DNA of 64,000 nucleotides from positions 96,001 to 160,000 of the forward strand of contig CBDBFU010000003.1 of NCBI GenBank assembly GCA_965205025.1, in the 5' to 3' direction. Within the stretch, counting starts at the first letter, position 1. The number at the start of each line of letters is the position of its first letter. Below, piece by piece: positions 39,909 to 50,065 of this stretch. This DNA is from Candidatus Poribacteria bacterium (GTDB lineage: Bacteria > Poribacteria > WGA-4E > WGA-3G). The translations under genes and the position numbers were made by a program. The notes beneath the pieces are model-generated. The model was not told the DNA's origin. It did not search any database and saw nothing but the letters and a program-made list of their open reading frames with translations.

Positions 39909-41531
39909 CTAATGGTTATGAGCAAATTCAGCCGAATTCAGTAAAACCCAATATAGGTCTTCGTATGCTAAATCTTTACTCCTATATAGACTACGTTCTA
40001 AATAACGTTGGAAATAAGTCTGTTCTTGGCTGGTTGGTTTGCGGGATAGCACAGTAAGATAGATAAACTGAACTCTGTCAATTGTCTCACGCCAATTGTC
40101 AAGGACATATCGAATAAAACTATCACGTGCTTTATAATTAGCACTGTCGTTGACGAGAGAACCGTTAATCATCATAAGTGCTTTTGGTACAGTTCCATTG
40201 AATGCTTCAATTTCTTCCATCTCCCCATTATCCAGTAGGAATAGATACTGATTTAGATATTCGCGTTTCATACTCTTTAGTTGAATAGCGGTTTTGCTTT
40301 TTTTCAACCTACCCAAAACAGTAGCTTGAAGCATAGAGGAGAAGAATTGTTCAGCGGTCAAAGGTTTCATATAAGCGTGTGAGTAATAAATGTCGTCGTC
40401 CTTGTTACTCTCATTTGTTTCAGAACTTCTTTGGTATGCTTTAGAATGGAGAATAATCCGCATAAGATGTTGTAAGTCGTATCCGTGAATAACGAAATCC
40501 TCTGCTAACCATGTCAGTAGTTCAGGATTAGTTGCGGGATACTCCTCTCCGAAACCATCAATAGGTTCAACAAAACCTCGTCCCATAAAATGTTTCCATA
40601 TCCGATTTACAATAGCTTTACTAAAGTAAGGATTCGATTTAGCAGTCATCCATTCTGCTAAGGCTTCACGTTTTTTGGTGAGTTCCCCTTTATATTCTGT
40701 GCCATCAAGAAACCGCGGAGGGACAGATTCCTTCATACTATCAACATATATTTCTCTATTCTGTTTTGGGGAATTAGTAATGAGAAAGTTCTGCCTCTCC
40801 TCTTCCTCACCCAACATATTTTTTTCTTCAATCATCCCTTTTTCTTCACTTTGAATACCTGTGAAGAAGGCAGCAACACCGTAGAAATCTTTCTGGAGCC
40901 ACGATTCCGTTTTATGATCGTGGCATTCAGCACATTGCATTGGCAGTCCAAGGAACAATCGTGATGTATGTGAAGTCAATAAGACAGGTGAACGTTCGTA
41001 ACGTAGAACATAGTTTCCCGCATCATTGTCCCGTAATTCTCCTTCTGCAGCGACCAATTCTTTGACAAACATATTGTATGGCATGTTAGTTCTGATAGAT
41101 TTTTTCACCCACTTCTCTAATCCAACCCGTCGATCATCACCATCACCGCGTCTGCCAATTAACCAATTTACCCATATTCCTGTCCAATACTCAACAGATT
41201 GCTTACTTTTAATAAGTTCATCAATTTTTCTTGACCTTTTGTTTGGAGCACTATCATCAAGAAAATCAGAGACTTGTTCAGGTGTTGGAATGACACCCGT
41301 CATATCTAAATGGATCCGTCTTAGAAATGCTGCATCACTTGTTTGTTTAGAAGGTTTTAATCCTTCCCGTTTTAAGACAGCATCAATGTGTCTATCGAGA
41401 TGTTTAGAACTTGATGGTATGTATATATTCTTAGTGTTCATTGTAGGTATAGCAGTGCAGCTAACTACTAAGAACGCTAAAGCAAGAAACAACAGCCAAT
41501 TTCGGTATATCATCCAATTTGTTCTCTTCAT
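39909..41531 (-). CDS. DUF1549/DUF1553 (planctomycete-type) c-type cytochrome protein
   Basis: FLRRIHLDMTG.IP, CAECHDH, NPYF..AIVNRIWKHFMGRG.VEP.D, EDLYWVLLNSAEF..NH. Confidence 0.9.
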   Translation of the reverse strand: MKRTNWMIYRNWLLFLALAFLVVSCTAIPTMNTKNIYIPSSSKHLDRHIDAVLKREGLKPSKQTSDAAFLRRIHLDMTGVIPTPEQVSDFLDDSAPNKRSRKIDELIKSKQSVEYWTGIWVNWLIGRRGDGDDRRVGLEKWVKKSIRTNMPYNMFVKELVAAEGELRDNDAGNYVLRYERSPVLLTSHTSRLFLGLPMQCAECHDHKTESWLQKDFYGVAAFFTGIQSEEKGMIEEKNMLGEEEERQNFLITNSPKQNREIYVDSMKESVPPRFLDGTEYKGELTKKREALAEWMTAKSNPYFSKAIVNRIWKHFMGRGFVEPIDGFGEEYPATNPELLTWLAEDFVIHGYDLQHLMRIILHSKAYQRSSETNESNKDDDIYYSHAYMKPLTAEQFFSSMLQATVLGRLKKSKTAIQLKSMKREYLNQYLFLLDNGEMEEIEAFNGTVPKALMMINGSLVNDSANYKARDSFIRYVLDNWRETIDRVQFIYLTVLSRKPTSQEQTYFQRYLERSLYRSKDLAYEDLYWVLLNSAEFAHNH

Positions 41532-41622
41532 GATAGTCTCCTTAGGAGTAAAATAAGTATATTTGTAATTTTATATTTTAAGTTTAACCCATTTTGTATT
41601 GGTTTTCAAGGGAATTGCTGTA

Positions 41623-42675
41623 TTAATCCCAACGGACACCTGTTGGAATAATACCTATATCTTCACCACGATTCATCGCTTCAGCAGCATCGAGGATACT
41701 TGCCAAATCATGGTGTGGTTCAAAACCTAACATGGTCTTGATTTTGGATAAATCGAATTCAAAATAGTTAGGGTTTGTAAGTTTTATATCAACACAATCC
41801 TTCTGGTAACGGTCACATAGGTATGGGATTATTTCTTCTTGGTTGAAAACAGCGTTTCCTCCCAGAGTGAACTCTTGCCCGACAGCAGCATCTTTCTCTA
41901 AACCTAATATCAAACCCTGAACGATATCTCGTATATCTGCGAAATGCTCCTTGTAGGCACGTCCATCAGGATTTCGTTTTAGGATGAATTTTTCCTCACC
42001 GTTCCAAGCATTCTTTACAATTCTTGCTATTTCTAATTCAGCAGGATCATTACCTTTATAGTTGTTGTACCGATTGTAGATTGTACTAAAGACAAACAGT
42101 TTTGGCAATCCATCTGCATTCAGAAATTCACTTGGTTCGACAACGGTGCTAAATCGGAATACTGTGGAAGGAACATTGTATTGGTGGTGATAAGTCATAC
42201 AGAGTTCTTCGCCTATCCATTTCGTAAGGAAATAGGGCATGTTATGGTATTTTGCGACCATATCTTCAGTGACTAATTCGTCAAAAAATCTGCCTTTCTC
42301 AGTCAATTCCCAATAGATGGCTTCAGTGCATGCATATATAAGACGGTGGATATTTGGATTGAATTCTCGGATACACTCTAATATATTAAGTGTTCCCATA
42401 CCGTTTATAGCTAAATAGTCACGGTTATTAAATGGACCACCGAAGGCAGCAGCAATGTGATAGATGGCATCAACACCTTCAACAGCTTTTTTGACATCTT
42501 CAAATTCTCGGAGATCGCCAAGAACAGTTTCCACTTTGGGATTATCATCCCACCTTCCAACACGGTTTTTGTCCTCTGGATATGTAAAACTTCTTATTTC
42601 ATGTCCCTTTTCGATTAGTTGTTTGACAAGGTTTGAACCGATTCGACCCGTACCGCCAGTAACCAATATTTTCAT
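41623..42675 (-). CDS. NAD-dependent epimerase/dehydratase
   Basis: ILVTGGTGRIG; YFLTK (YxxxK). Confidence 0.9.
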   Translation of the reverse strand: MKILVTGGTGRIGSNLVKQLIEKGHEIRSFTYPEDKNRVGRWDDNPKVETVLGDLREFEDVKKAVEGVDAIYHIAAAFGGPFNNRDYLAINGMGTLNILECIREFNPNIHRLIYACTEAIYWELTEKGRFFDELVTEDMVAKYHNMPYFLTKWIGEELCMTYHHQYNVPSTVFRFSTVVEPSEFLNADGLPKLFVFSTIYNRYNNYKGNDPAELEIARIVKNAWNGEEKFILKRNPDGRAYKEHFADIRDIVQGLILGLEKDAAVGQEFTLGGNAVFNQEEIIPYLCDRYQKDCVDIKLTNPNYFEFDLSKIKTMLGFEPHHDLASILDAAEAMNRGEDIGIIPTGVRWD

Positions 42676-42703
42676 ACTTATTTCCTAAATTCAATTAAAC
42701 ACA

Positions 42704-42737
42704 AAGAGTGATTCATTTATTTAAATGAATCACTCTT
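42704..42737. terminator. 16-bp inverted repeat (terminator or operator)
   Basis: aagagtgattcattta-tt-taaatgaatcactctt. Confidence 0.55.
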
Positions 42738-42792
42738 AAGGATTCTATCAAAATGGTTGGTAGAGTTAAGTTGCTCATAACTACAAATGAGT

Positions 42793-43632
42793 TCATTGTA
42801 AGGATTTTAGTTCTGCCCAGGTAATTGCTAACTTATCTCTTGGTTCAACATCAAAAGCAGTGCTGACGAGTTTAATATTGTCAAACGCCCACCACCAATC
42901 GTTTTTTGCATCAGTGAGACTGAAACTAATGATCATTTCTTTAGCATCCGCCGGATTATTAATAGGTATTTCTAAGGATTCGTTCACTTGTTCTAAATCA
43001 TTTAACTTTTCCTTATTTTTCTTAAGAGTAGGAATGGTAACAAGTGTCGTCTCACCTAAACTCGCGAACAGTAAGATTTGTTTTTCGCCACCACCGTCAA
43101 AACGGACTGTGATCTCAGCAGTTTGATCAGCATAAGGACGCCAACTTGAATCTAATGATAAAACGAGAGATCTTGCTTTTGCCCCTTTGATATTGATGGT
43201 AGGTGTGATTATATGTCCATTCCAATCACTTTCTGCATCGGGGTCACCATTTACTTCCCAGTCATCCCATTCATCTGGGTCTGACACCACTCCATTACCA
43301 ATACCTTTACCGCCTTTGTTTTTTGAAGTAAACTGACTCCGTTCCTGGTCTCCAGCAGTTTGTGTCCACCATTCAAGGCTAACAATTGCCCATGTTCGCC
43401 ATTCAGGCATACCGAGGTTTTTTGGATTCTCATTTTTGATCTTCCAACCATCAGGTCCTGTCCCCGACCAAACTTTAACTCCCTTAACATCTTCTTCTAT
43501 GCTATCTTCAAGTTTCACATTCTCAAAATCTTCTTCAAAAAGTACCGTATCTCTACCCCAAATTGTTGGTATACTAATCAAGAGAGTTATCAGTATAATT
43601 GCATACTTAAAAAGTTTTATATTGCCGTTCAT
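42793..43632 (-). CDS. Secreted Trp/Asp-rich beta-sandwich protein, tandem paralog 3
   Basis: Signal peptide, LFEEDFE, DPDEWDD, NDWWWAFDN; tail FDVEPRDKLAITWAELKSLQ. Confidence 0.85.
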   Translation of the reverse strand: MNGNIKLFKYAIILITLLISIPTIWGRDTVLFEEDFENVKLEDSIEEDVKGVKVWSGTGPDGWKIKNENPKNLGMPEWRTWAIVSLEWWTQTAGDQERSQFTSKNKGGKGIGNGVVSDPDEWDDWEVNGDPDAESDWNGHIITPTINIKGAKARSLVLSLDSSWRPYADQTAEITVRFDGGGEKQILLFASLGETTLVTIPTLKKNKEKLNDLEQVNESLEIPINNPADAKEMIISFSLTDAKNDWWWAFDNIKLVSTAFDVEPRDKLAITWAELKSLQ

Positions 43633-43704
43633 CAGATTGGTCCTCCAAAGGTTTAACCAATTAATAGTATGTTAGCAGAATAAACTTTATTTAAAATTAT
43701 AGAA

Positions 43705-44553
43705 TTATTTTAAAGATTTCAGTTCTGCCCATTTCACAGCTAATTTATCTCTTGGTTCAACATCAAATGCAGTACTTACAAGTTGAATGTTATCAATTGC
43801 CCACCACCAATCATTTTTTGCCTCAATAACCCCAAAACTAATTACGATCTCAGCGGCATCCGCGGGATTGTCAATGGGAATTTCCAACGTTTCGTTCACC
43901 TGTTCTAAATCGTTAAATTTTTTCTCATTTTGGTTTAGAGTAGGAATTGTGGCAAGTGTTTGCACTCCGGAACTCTTATACAATAGGATTCTTTCCTCTT
44001 TACCACCGTCGAAACTCACAGTGATTTCAGCAGTTTGCGTATCTTCAGGACGCCAGCTTGAATCGAATTTTAGGACAAGTGATTCGGCAGCAGCCCCTTT
44101 GATATTTATAGGAGGCGTAAGTAGGTGCCCATTCCAGTCACTTTTTGCTTCCGGTTTACCATTTACTTCCCAATCATCCCATTCATCAGGATCAGCCACT
44201 GCTCCGTTCCCTATCCCTTTACCGTCTTTCTGTTTTGAAGTAAACTGAGTCCGTTCTTGATCTCCAGCAGTTTGTGTCCACCATTCAAGGCTAACAATTG
44301 CCCATGTTCGCCATTCAGGCATACCAAGGTCTTTGGGATTTTCGTTTGTAATTTCCCAACCATCAGGTCCTGTTCCGGACCAAACGTCAGCTGCTTTAAC
44401 CCCTTCTTCTATACTGTCTTCAAGTTTCACGCTCTCAAAGTCTTCTTGAAAAAGAACTGTATCATCTCCCCATATAGCAAGGGGTGTAAGACACAAGGTT
44501 ATCACAAGTATAGTGTTTATACTCGATTTTATAATTCCATTTTTCATATTCAT
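43705..44553 (-). CDS. Secreted Trp/Asp-rich beta-sandwich protein, tandem paralog 2
   Basis: Same motifs; tail FDVEPRDKLAVKWAELKSLK. Confidence 0.85.
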   Translation of the reverse strand: MNMKNGIIKSSINTILVITLCLTPLAIWGDDTVLFQEDFESVKLEDSIEEGVKAADVWSGTGPDGWEITNENPKDLGMPEWRTWAIVSLEWWTQTAGDQERTQFTSKQKDGKGIGNGAVADPDEWDDWEVNGKPEAKSDWNGHLLTPPINIKGAAAESLVLKFDSSWRPEDTQTAEITVSFDGGKEERILLYKSSGVQTLATIPTLNQNEKKFNDLEQVNETLEIPIDNPADAAEIVISFGVIEAKNDWWWAIDNIQLVSTAFDVEPRDKLAVKWAELKSLK

Positions 44554-44588
44554 CTCCGGATGGTTTTCAGTAAATAACCCATTTGATT

Positions 44589-44620
44589 TGGATATTAAGG
44601 CATTTTCGCCTTAATATCCA
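44589..44620 (-). terminator. Hairpin between paralogs 1 and 2
   Basis: tggatattaaggc-attttc-gccttaatatcca. Confidence 0.6.
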
Positions 44621-44634
44621 GGGATCAGGGATAA

Positions 44635-45483
44635 CTATTTAACCGATTTTAGTTCAGCCCATTTTACGGCTAATTTATCTTTAAGTTGTACATCAGTTGC
44701 AACAAAGGCAGTACTAATGAGTTTGACATTATCAAATGCCCACCACCAATCATTTTTTGCGGTAAGAAGACCAAAGCTAATTACTATTTCATCAGCACCA
44801 TCAGGATTGTTAATTGGTATTTCTAAAGATTCGTTAACCTGTTCTAAATCGTTAATTAATTCTTCATTTTTGTTGAGAGTAGGAATAGTGACAAGTGTTT
44901 GCTCACCTAAACTATCGAACAAAAGGATACGTTCTTCTTCATTCCCGTCAAAACTTGCGGTGATTACAGCGGTTTGATCAGCATAGGGACGCCAACTTGA
45001 ATCTAAAGATAAGACCAGTGAATTTGCACCTGCCCCTTGGATATTTATGGGAGGCGTAATAATATGTCCGTTCCAATCACTGATGGAATCTGGGTCACCG
45101 TTTTGAGTCCAATCATCCCATTCATCAGGGTCTGAAACTACTCCATTTCCCATACCTTTACCATTGTTCTCAGAAATGAACTGCCCCCTTTCTTGGTCTT
45201 CCGCTGTTTGTACCCACCACTCAAGTTTTACAATTGCCCATGTTCGCCATTCAGGCATACCAAGGTCTTTGGGATTTTCGTTTGTAATCTCCCATCCATC
45301 AGGTCCTGTATCGGACCAGACGCTTGTTCCTTTAACGCCTTCTGCTATACTGTCTTTAAGTTTCACACTCTCAAAATCTTCTTCAAAAAGCACTACATCT
45401 GCCCCCCAAATTATTTGGGTGGTGAGACATAGGGTTACCACAAGAACGATATGTGAAAACCCTTTTATAGTTTTAATAAACAT
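44635..45483 (-). CDS. Secreted Trp/Asp-rich beta-sandwich protein, tandem paralog 1
   Basis: Same motifs; tail TDVQLKDKLAVKWAELKSVK. Confidence 0.85.
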   Translation of the reverse strand: MFIKTIKGFSHIVLVVTLCLTTQIIWGADVVLFEEDFESVKLKDSIAEGVKGTSVWSDTGPDGWEITNENPKDLGMPEWRTWAIVKLEWWVQTAEDQERGQFISENNGKGMGNGVVSDPDEWDDWTQNGDPDSISDWNGHIITPPINIQGAGANSLVLSLDSSWRPYADQTAVITASFDGNEEERILLFDSLGEQTLVTIPTLNKNEELINDLEQVNESLEIPINNPDGADEIVISFGLLTAKNDWWWAFDNVKLISTAFVATDVQLKDKLAVKWAELKSVK

Positions 45484-45667
45484 GATTATCTCCTAAGATA
45501 GATTTTTGAATTAATTTTACATTCAACACCGATGCGATTGGAAAATCTTTAACAATATTACGACGATCAAGTATTTCTTAAACGAAACTTACGTTGTGTT
45601 ATGAAATGTATGTCTATGTTATGATGTATAATACTATCTATCTAATTCCAATTATGATCATAATCAA

Positions 45668-47296
45668 TTAGTAACTGACAGCGTAACCGTCAGTTCTTGG
45701 GTCTGATCCACCGATAAGTGCTCCAGATTCAGGGTGTACCTTGATAGCTTGTGCACTTCCTGGTCCACCCCAATCCCCAACGGGTTGTATTTCATGTCCT
45801 CTTTCTGCCAATTGTTCTCGGACATCAGAAGGAAAACGGGTTTCTAATTGAAGGTGATTTGAACAGGTGTGTGGAATTGTAGATTCCATCGGGTTTTGTA
45901 GACTACGCCATCTCGGGGCTGAGACAGCTTCTTGTGGCGTCATTCCAAAATCAAGCATGTGGGTGACTAACTGTAGGTTTGTTTGAACTTGTGTATCTGC
46001 CCCAGGAGTTCCACACGTTAATACGGGTTTTCCGTCTTTTGTAACAATTACTGGATTCATTGTGTGCCGGACTCGTTTTCCAGGGATCAAACTGTTTGGA
46101 TGGTCTTCCTCCAGATGCCAATAGGTCATGCGGTTGTTTAACAAGATACCTGTATCTCCAGCGACCAAACCGGAACCGAACCCTGATTGAATGCTCTGAA
46201 GAATGCAAACAAGATTTCCTGCACTATCCGCAGCACAGAAGCATGTTGTATCTTCGTGTGATTCTGGCAGTCCCGCTGAAACATCAACCGCTGCTTTTTC
46301 CAAATCAATTCGTTCGGCTTGTTCCGCTGCATAAGATTTAGACAGCAATCCTTCTATTGGAACATCTATCCAATTGGGATCTGCCATGTATTTTTCACGA
46401 TCGGCAAATGCGAGTTTTTTCGCTTCAACCATCACATGTATACTTTCGGCAGTATTACATCCCAAGGCTTGTAAATCAAATAATTCAACGACGTTCAATT
46501 CTTGCAATAAGATATGTCCACTTGAATTTGGTGGCATTTCATAAACATCATAGCCACGGTAGTTTATTTGTATTGGGTCATCCCAATGTGCATGGAAGTT
46601 TGCCAAGTCTTCAGCAGATAGGAGTCCATCATAAGTTTGACTGTATTCAGCAATAGTCTTTGCAATTTCACCTTCGTAGAATATATCTCTTCCATCTTTA
46701 GCAATTTTGCGGAAGGTTTTTCCGAGATTTGGATTTGCGAGGATTTCTCCAGAAGGTATCGGTTCACCATCATTTGTAAAGATTTCTCGACTGTCTGGTT
46801 CAGCAGCGAAACGTTCGTTTTCACCACGTAATCCACCTGCCAGTCTATGGCTAACTGGAAATCCTTCTTCGCAAAGTGAGATGGCAGGAGTGAATACCTC
46901 TTCTAGTTTTAGATTGCCATACTTTTCGTGTGCAAGTAGCCACCCATCAACAAGTCCAGGAACAGAAACACTCCGTATGCCTTTCATAGGTATACCACCA
47001 TTTTTTAGGTATGTTTCACGAGTTGCAGCACTTGGCGCTGGTCCTGTTGCATTTACAGCTGCGACTTGTCCTGTTTCTGCCCAATAGATGAGGATAAAAC
47101 CATCGCCACCCGGACCGGAACCAGCAGGTTCAACAACACCGATTGCAGCGGCAGTAGCGATTGCGGCATCAACAGCATTACCCCCTGCCATCATTGTTTG
47201 TATACCTGCTTGTGATGCGAGAACGTGTCCTGATGCCACCATACCGTTTTTGCCCATTATAGATGGCCGAAACGCTGAACCGTGGGGTGATTGCAT
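45668..47296 (-). CDS. ggt: Gamma-glutamyltransferase family protein (no signal peptide)
   Basis: GGNAVDAAIA, VSVPG, PPNSSG, autocleavage site EDTT, PGKRVRHTM, GGSDPR.DG. Confidence 0.92.
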   Translation of the reverse strand: MQSPHGSAFRPSIMGKNGMVASGHVLASQAGIQTMMAGGNAVDAAIATAAAIGVVEPAGSGPGGDGFILIYWAETGQVAAVNATGPAPSAATRETYLKNGGIPMKGIRSVSVPGLVDGWLLAHEKYGNLKLEEVFTPAISLCEEGFPVSHRLAGGLRGENERFAAEPDSREIFTNDGEPIPSGEILANPNLGKTFRKIAKDGRDIFYEGEIAKTIAEYSQTYDGLLSAEDLANFHAHWDDPIQINYRGYDVYEMPPNSSGHILLQELNVVELFDLQALGCNTAESIHVMVEAKKLAFADREKYMADPNWIDVPIEGLLSKSYAAEQAERIDLEKAAVDVSAGLPESHEDTTCFCAADSAGNLVCILQSIQSGFGSGLVAGDTGILLNNRMTYWHLEEDHPNSLIPGKRVRHTMNPVIVTKDGKPVLTCGTPGADTQVQTNLQLVTHMLDFGMTPQEAVSAPRWRSLQNPMESTIPHTCSNHLQLETRFPSDVREQLAERGHEIQPVGDWGGPGSAQAIKVHPESGALIGGSDPRTDGYAVSY

Positions 47297-47311
47297 TTGG
47301 AATCCTCCGTA

Positions 47312-48379
47312 TTATGCTAACATCTTCGCTGCAAAAGTTTCTACATCAACGCGTTCGTGTGTTCGGGCAGATTCGTTACATGCTTCCATCAATATCCATG
47401 TGCCTAATGTGGTATCCTGTATCCACTCACGGTCTTTGCCTGTAGTGATAGCTTCAGCGAAAGCATCAAATTGTAGTCTGTCGTCTTCAATCAACCCTCC
47501 GTGCAGATCTTGTAGTGTGATGTTTTCAATTTCTTTTCCTGTTCGAAAGAGTTGCAGGTGTCCTCCATCTCTGCGTATGTCTCCTTCTTCACCGTGGAAT
47601 GTCCAACTACCGCTCCATCCAAATGCTCCCATGTGTCCAGCACGAGTACCAGCATACGTAAATGGTGCACCATTAGCATATTCCATCAATGCATTGCCAC
47701 CTGCTGTCCCCCATGCTTCTATCTGTCCTAAATCGGGATCACGTCGGTTATGTACTTGTGCAGTAACATATTTTGGTAAACCTTTAGCAGCAACGAGTTG
47801 GTCAAGCTGATGGTTACAACCAGCATGGAAATAGAGTCCATCCACATAAGCGTCTGGTTGTCGAGAATCGGGGCCTGTAAATAGATTTTGACGTATCCAG
47901 AATCGACATTCTCCACCCAACATTTCACCAATTCCGTCATTTTCTCTGAGCCAATCCCGCATTTTCGCAGCTGCAGGATTCCAACGTTTGTTCTGTCCTT
48001 GAACCAAAATAGTTCCAGGATTTGCTTTGTGTGCTTTAATTATGTCGTGAAATTCTGCTTGGGTTGTTGCAATAGGTTTAACACAGAGTGTGTGCATGCC
48101 GAGGTTTAAACTCTCAACGATGAGTTCCGCATGGACTGTCGTTGAGGCGTAGATTAGACATGCTTGTGCATCGTGTTTCTCTTTTGCTTCGGTTATGGTT
48201 GTATAAATACGTTCTGATAAACCTTCAGGTGCACCATCTATTGATTCAACACCGTTTTTTGCAGCCTCAAGATTTATGTCTACACATGCAACAGGTTCAA
48301 GACCGTGCGTATTGACCTGTGCTTGTAAACGTCCGTGTGCAAAATGTGTGCAGCCAACATGAATAGTAGGTATTGGCAT
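47312..48379 (-). CDS. Gfo/Idh/MocA family oxidoreductase
   Basis: H..LIVESL..G.H.LCVKP (variant of EKP), GQNKRW. Confidence 0.8.
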   Translation of the reverse strand: MPIPTIHVGCTHFAHGRLQAQVNTHGLEPVACVDINLEAAKNGVESIDGAPEGLSERIYTTITEAKEKHDAQACLIYASTTVHAELIVESLNLGMHTLCVKPIATTQAEFHDIIKAHKANPGTILVQGQNKRWNPAAAKMRDWLRENDGIGEMLGGECRFWIRQNLFTGPDSRQPDAYVDGLYFHAGCNHQLDQLVAAKGLPKYVTAQVHNRRDPDLGQIEAWGTAGGNALMEYANGAPFTYAGTRAGHMGAFGWSGSWTFHGEEGDIRRDGGHLQLFRTGKEIENITLQDLHGGLIEDDRLQFDAFAEAITTGKDREWIQDTTLGTWILMEACNESARTHERVDVETFAAKMLA

Positions 48380-48426
48380 ATTCAGTCTCCTTTCAAAACC
48401 AAACAGTATGATAAAACTATTATGAA

Positions 48427-49590
48427 TTAATCTTGGGAAAAATCTACAGTCGGAGGATTGATGAAATCGTGATATTTTTGAGCGACCCTACCTTCGGTTG
48501 CATCACCGGCATGAATCAATACTCGGAACCTGAAGTGCATTTCCTCACCTTCTTTAAGAGTGTAAGAACCATCTTTAGCTGGATCGCGTTCAAATGTTCC
48601 ACCCCCAAAGATATTACTCCCCATTAACCCATAATTGCGAACGTGCCAATAGGTTGGATACCGCGGATTTACAATATGATCGAATACTGCAATCCCAACT
48701 GGAGTGCCGTCAACAATACCGGAATAATCACACCAGTTAGCGCGTTTACCCCAAGTTTCACCTTCGTTGATTCCACCGAAAGCGTTTTCAATTTTTCCTC
48801 CATCTGATGCATTCATTGATGGATGAACCCGAATTGACATGATGCCACCCTCTTTTGTATCGCCAAAGTGTACATCTCCTGCAGAAGCGATAAAACTTAA
48901 ATCAAGATCAACAAATGATCTATCCTCAGGCAGGTTATAGATGCGGAAGTTCTGTCTATCCGTCATCAATACTGTTCCATCTTTAGTTTCCCAATTGTTA
49001 TCAGTATATATCCTGCTGAGAACAGAACCACCGTGTTGTTGTGTGAAACCTTGATGAACAACTCTTCCGGAATTATCACCTTCACCCCACAAATCAATAT
49101 CATTGACTTCACCGTATGCTACATAGAGTGATCGGTGATGGACATGGTCTTTTGAGGTTTGGCTTGTTTCTCCTCGTGTCACTTCTCGACCGTTTGGACC
49201 TAAAACAGGGAAGAAATAGGGTCGGTATTGTGATTTTGCATAGCGAAATGTTGTAAAATGTCTTCCATTAAGAGTAATGTCAATTGTTTCTGATTCGTTT
49301 TTTAACTCAACCCCTGTTTCTTGCGGAACAGTCCCTGCAGATAGGGAATAGGTACGTGAGTCTCCTGCGTTAAGATCATTAAGTATCCAAGCTAAAGATG
49401 TAGATTCCCCATCATCGCTTGTAAAGCACTGGGCTGTTATAACATCTCCGGTTCCTGAATCTGTTAAAATGACATCTTGGTCGACAAGTTCACTTACACC
49501 GGGATGGTCGACGTTAACTACAACAGGACACCCATCCCGGTTGTGGAAATCTGCGTTAACAGTAAGTGTTAGGTCGTTCGGATTTGCCAT
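48427..49590 (-). CDS. DUF6807 ('PmoA-family') beta-protein
   Basis: RPYFFPV.GP.G..VTR, DHVHHRS, FGDTKEG, WGKRA.WCDYSG, WHVRNYGL. Confidence 0.8.
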   Translation of the reverse strand: MANPNDLTLTVNADFHNRDGCPVVVNVDHPGVSELVDQDVILTDSGTGDVITAQCFTSDDGESTSLAWILNDLNAGDSRTYSLSAGTVPQETGVELKNESETIDITLNGRHFTTFRYAKSQYRPYFFPVLGPNGREVTRGETSQTSKDHVHHRSLYVAYGEVNDIDLWGEGDNSGRVVHQGFTQQHGGSVLSRIYTDNNWETKDGTVLMTDRQNFRIYNLPEDRSFVDLDLSFIASAGDVHFGDTKEGGIMSIRVHPSMNASDGGKIENAFGGINEGETWGKRANWCDYSGIVDGTPVGIAVFDHIVNPRYPTYWHVRNYGLMGSNIFGGGTFERDPAKDGSYTLKEGEEMHFRFRVLIHAGDATEGRVAQKYHDFINPPTVDFSQD

Positions 49591-49676
49591 GAATCTCCTT
49601 AAATACCATTCATTATAATTATTAGGTGTTATGTATTATTGCAATTTGGATAGTAGAGACTTATTAGAACACTAAC

Positions 49677-50036
49677 TTATTTGTCTGGATTGTCAGCACT
49701 AAGTTCAAGTATTGCCTCTTCTTCACTATCATAATTTTCAAAGACAGTTGCTAATCTTCCAAGAACGAGTAGGTTTCGAATATGTGCCCCTGCGTTTACA
49801 AGTGCAGTACGTCCACCTTTGCGTGTGATAGTAACATGAACAGAAACAAGTGTGCCTAAACCACTACTATCCATACGTGTAACTTCTTCAAGGTTAAATA
49901 TTACATGTGGTGAATCGAAGTGTTCCTCAAGTTCTTCATGTATTTGTTGTCTAATTTCAACATTGGCAGGACCGATCATACGTCCTGTGGGACGTATAAC
50001 AATTACACCTTCTCTATGACGAATTTCAGCTAACAT
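49677..50036 (-). CDS. STAS domain anti-sigma-factor antagonist
   Basis: NLEEVTRMDSSGLGTLV. Confidence 0.9.
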   Translation of the reverse strand: MLAEIRHREGVIVIRPTGRMIGPANVEIRQQIHEELEEHFDSPHVIFNLEEVTRMDSSGLGTLVSVHVTITRKGGRTALVNAGAHIRNLLVLGRLATVFENYDSEEEAILELSADNPDK

Positions 50037-50065
50037 TTTCTTTCCTCGTAGTTAAAGTAGTTAAA

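Noticed and set aside
42793-45483. Diversity-generating retroelement explanation for the repeated tracts
   Set aside because: No reverse transcriptase in the window, differences are not adenine-specific, and all three copies are full ORFs.
47088-47810. 240-aa plus-strand ORF and the many other short antisense or overlapping ORFs in the track
   Set aside because: Shadow frames of well-supported opposite-strand genes with no recognisable motifs.
48427-49590. Particulate methane monooxygenase subunit
   Set aside because: Soluble protein without TM helices and no pmoC/pmoB; the 'PmoA' family label does not imply methanotrophy.
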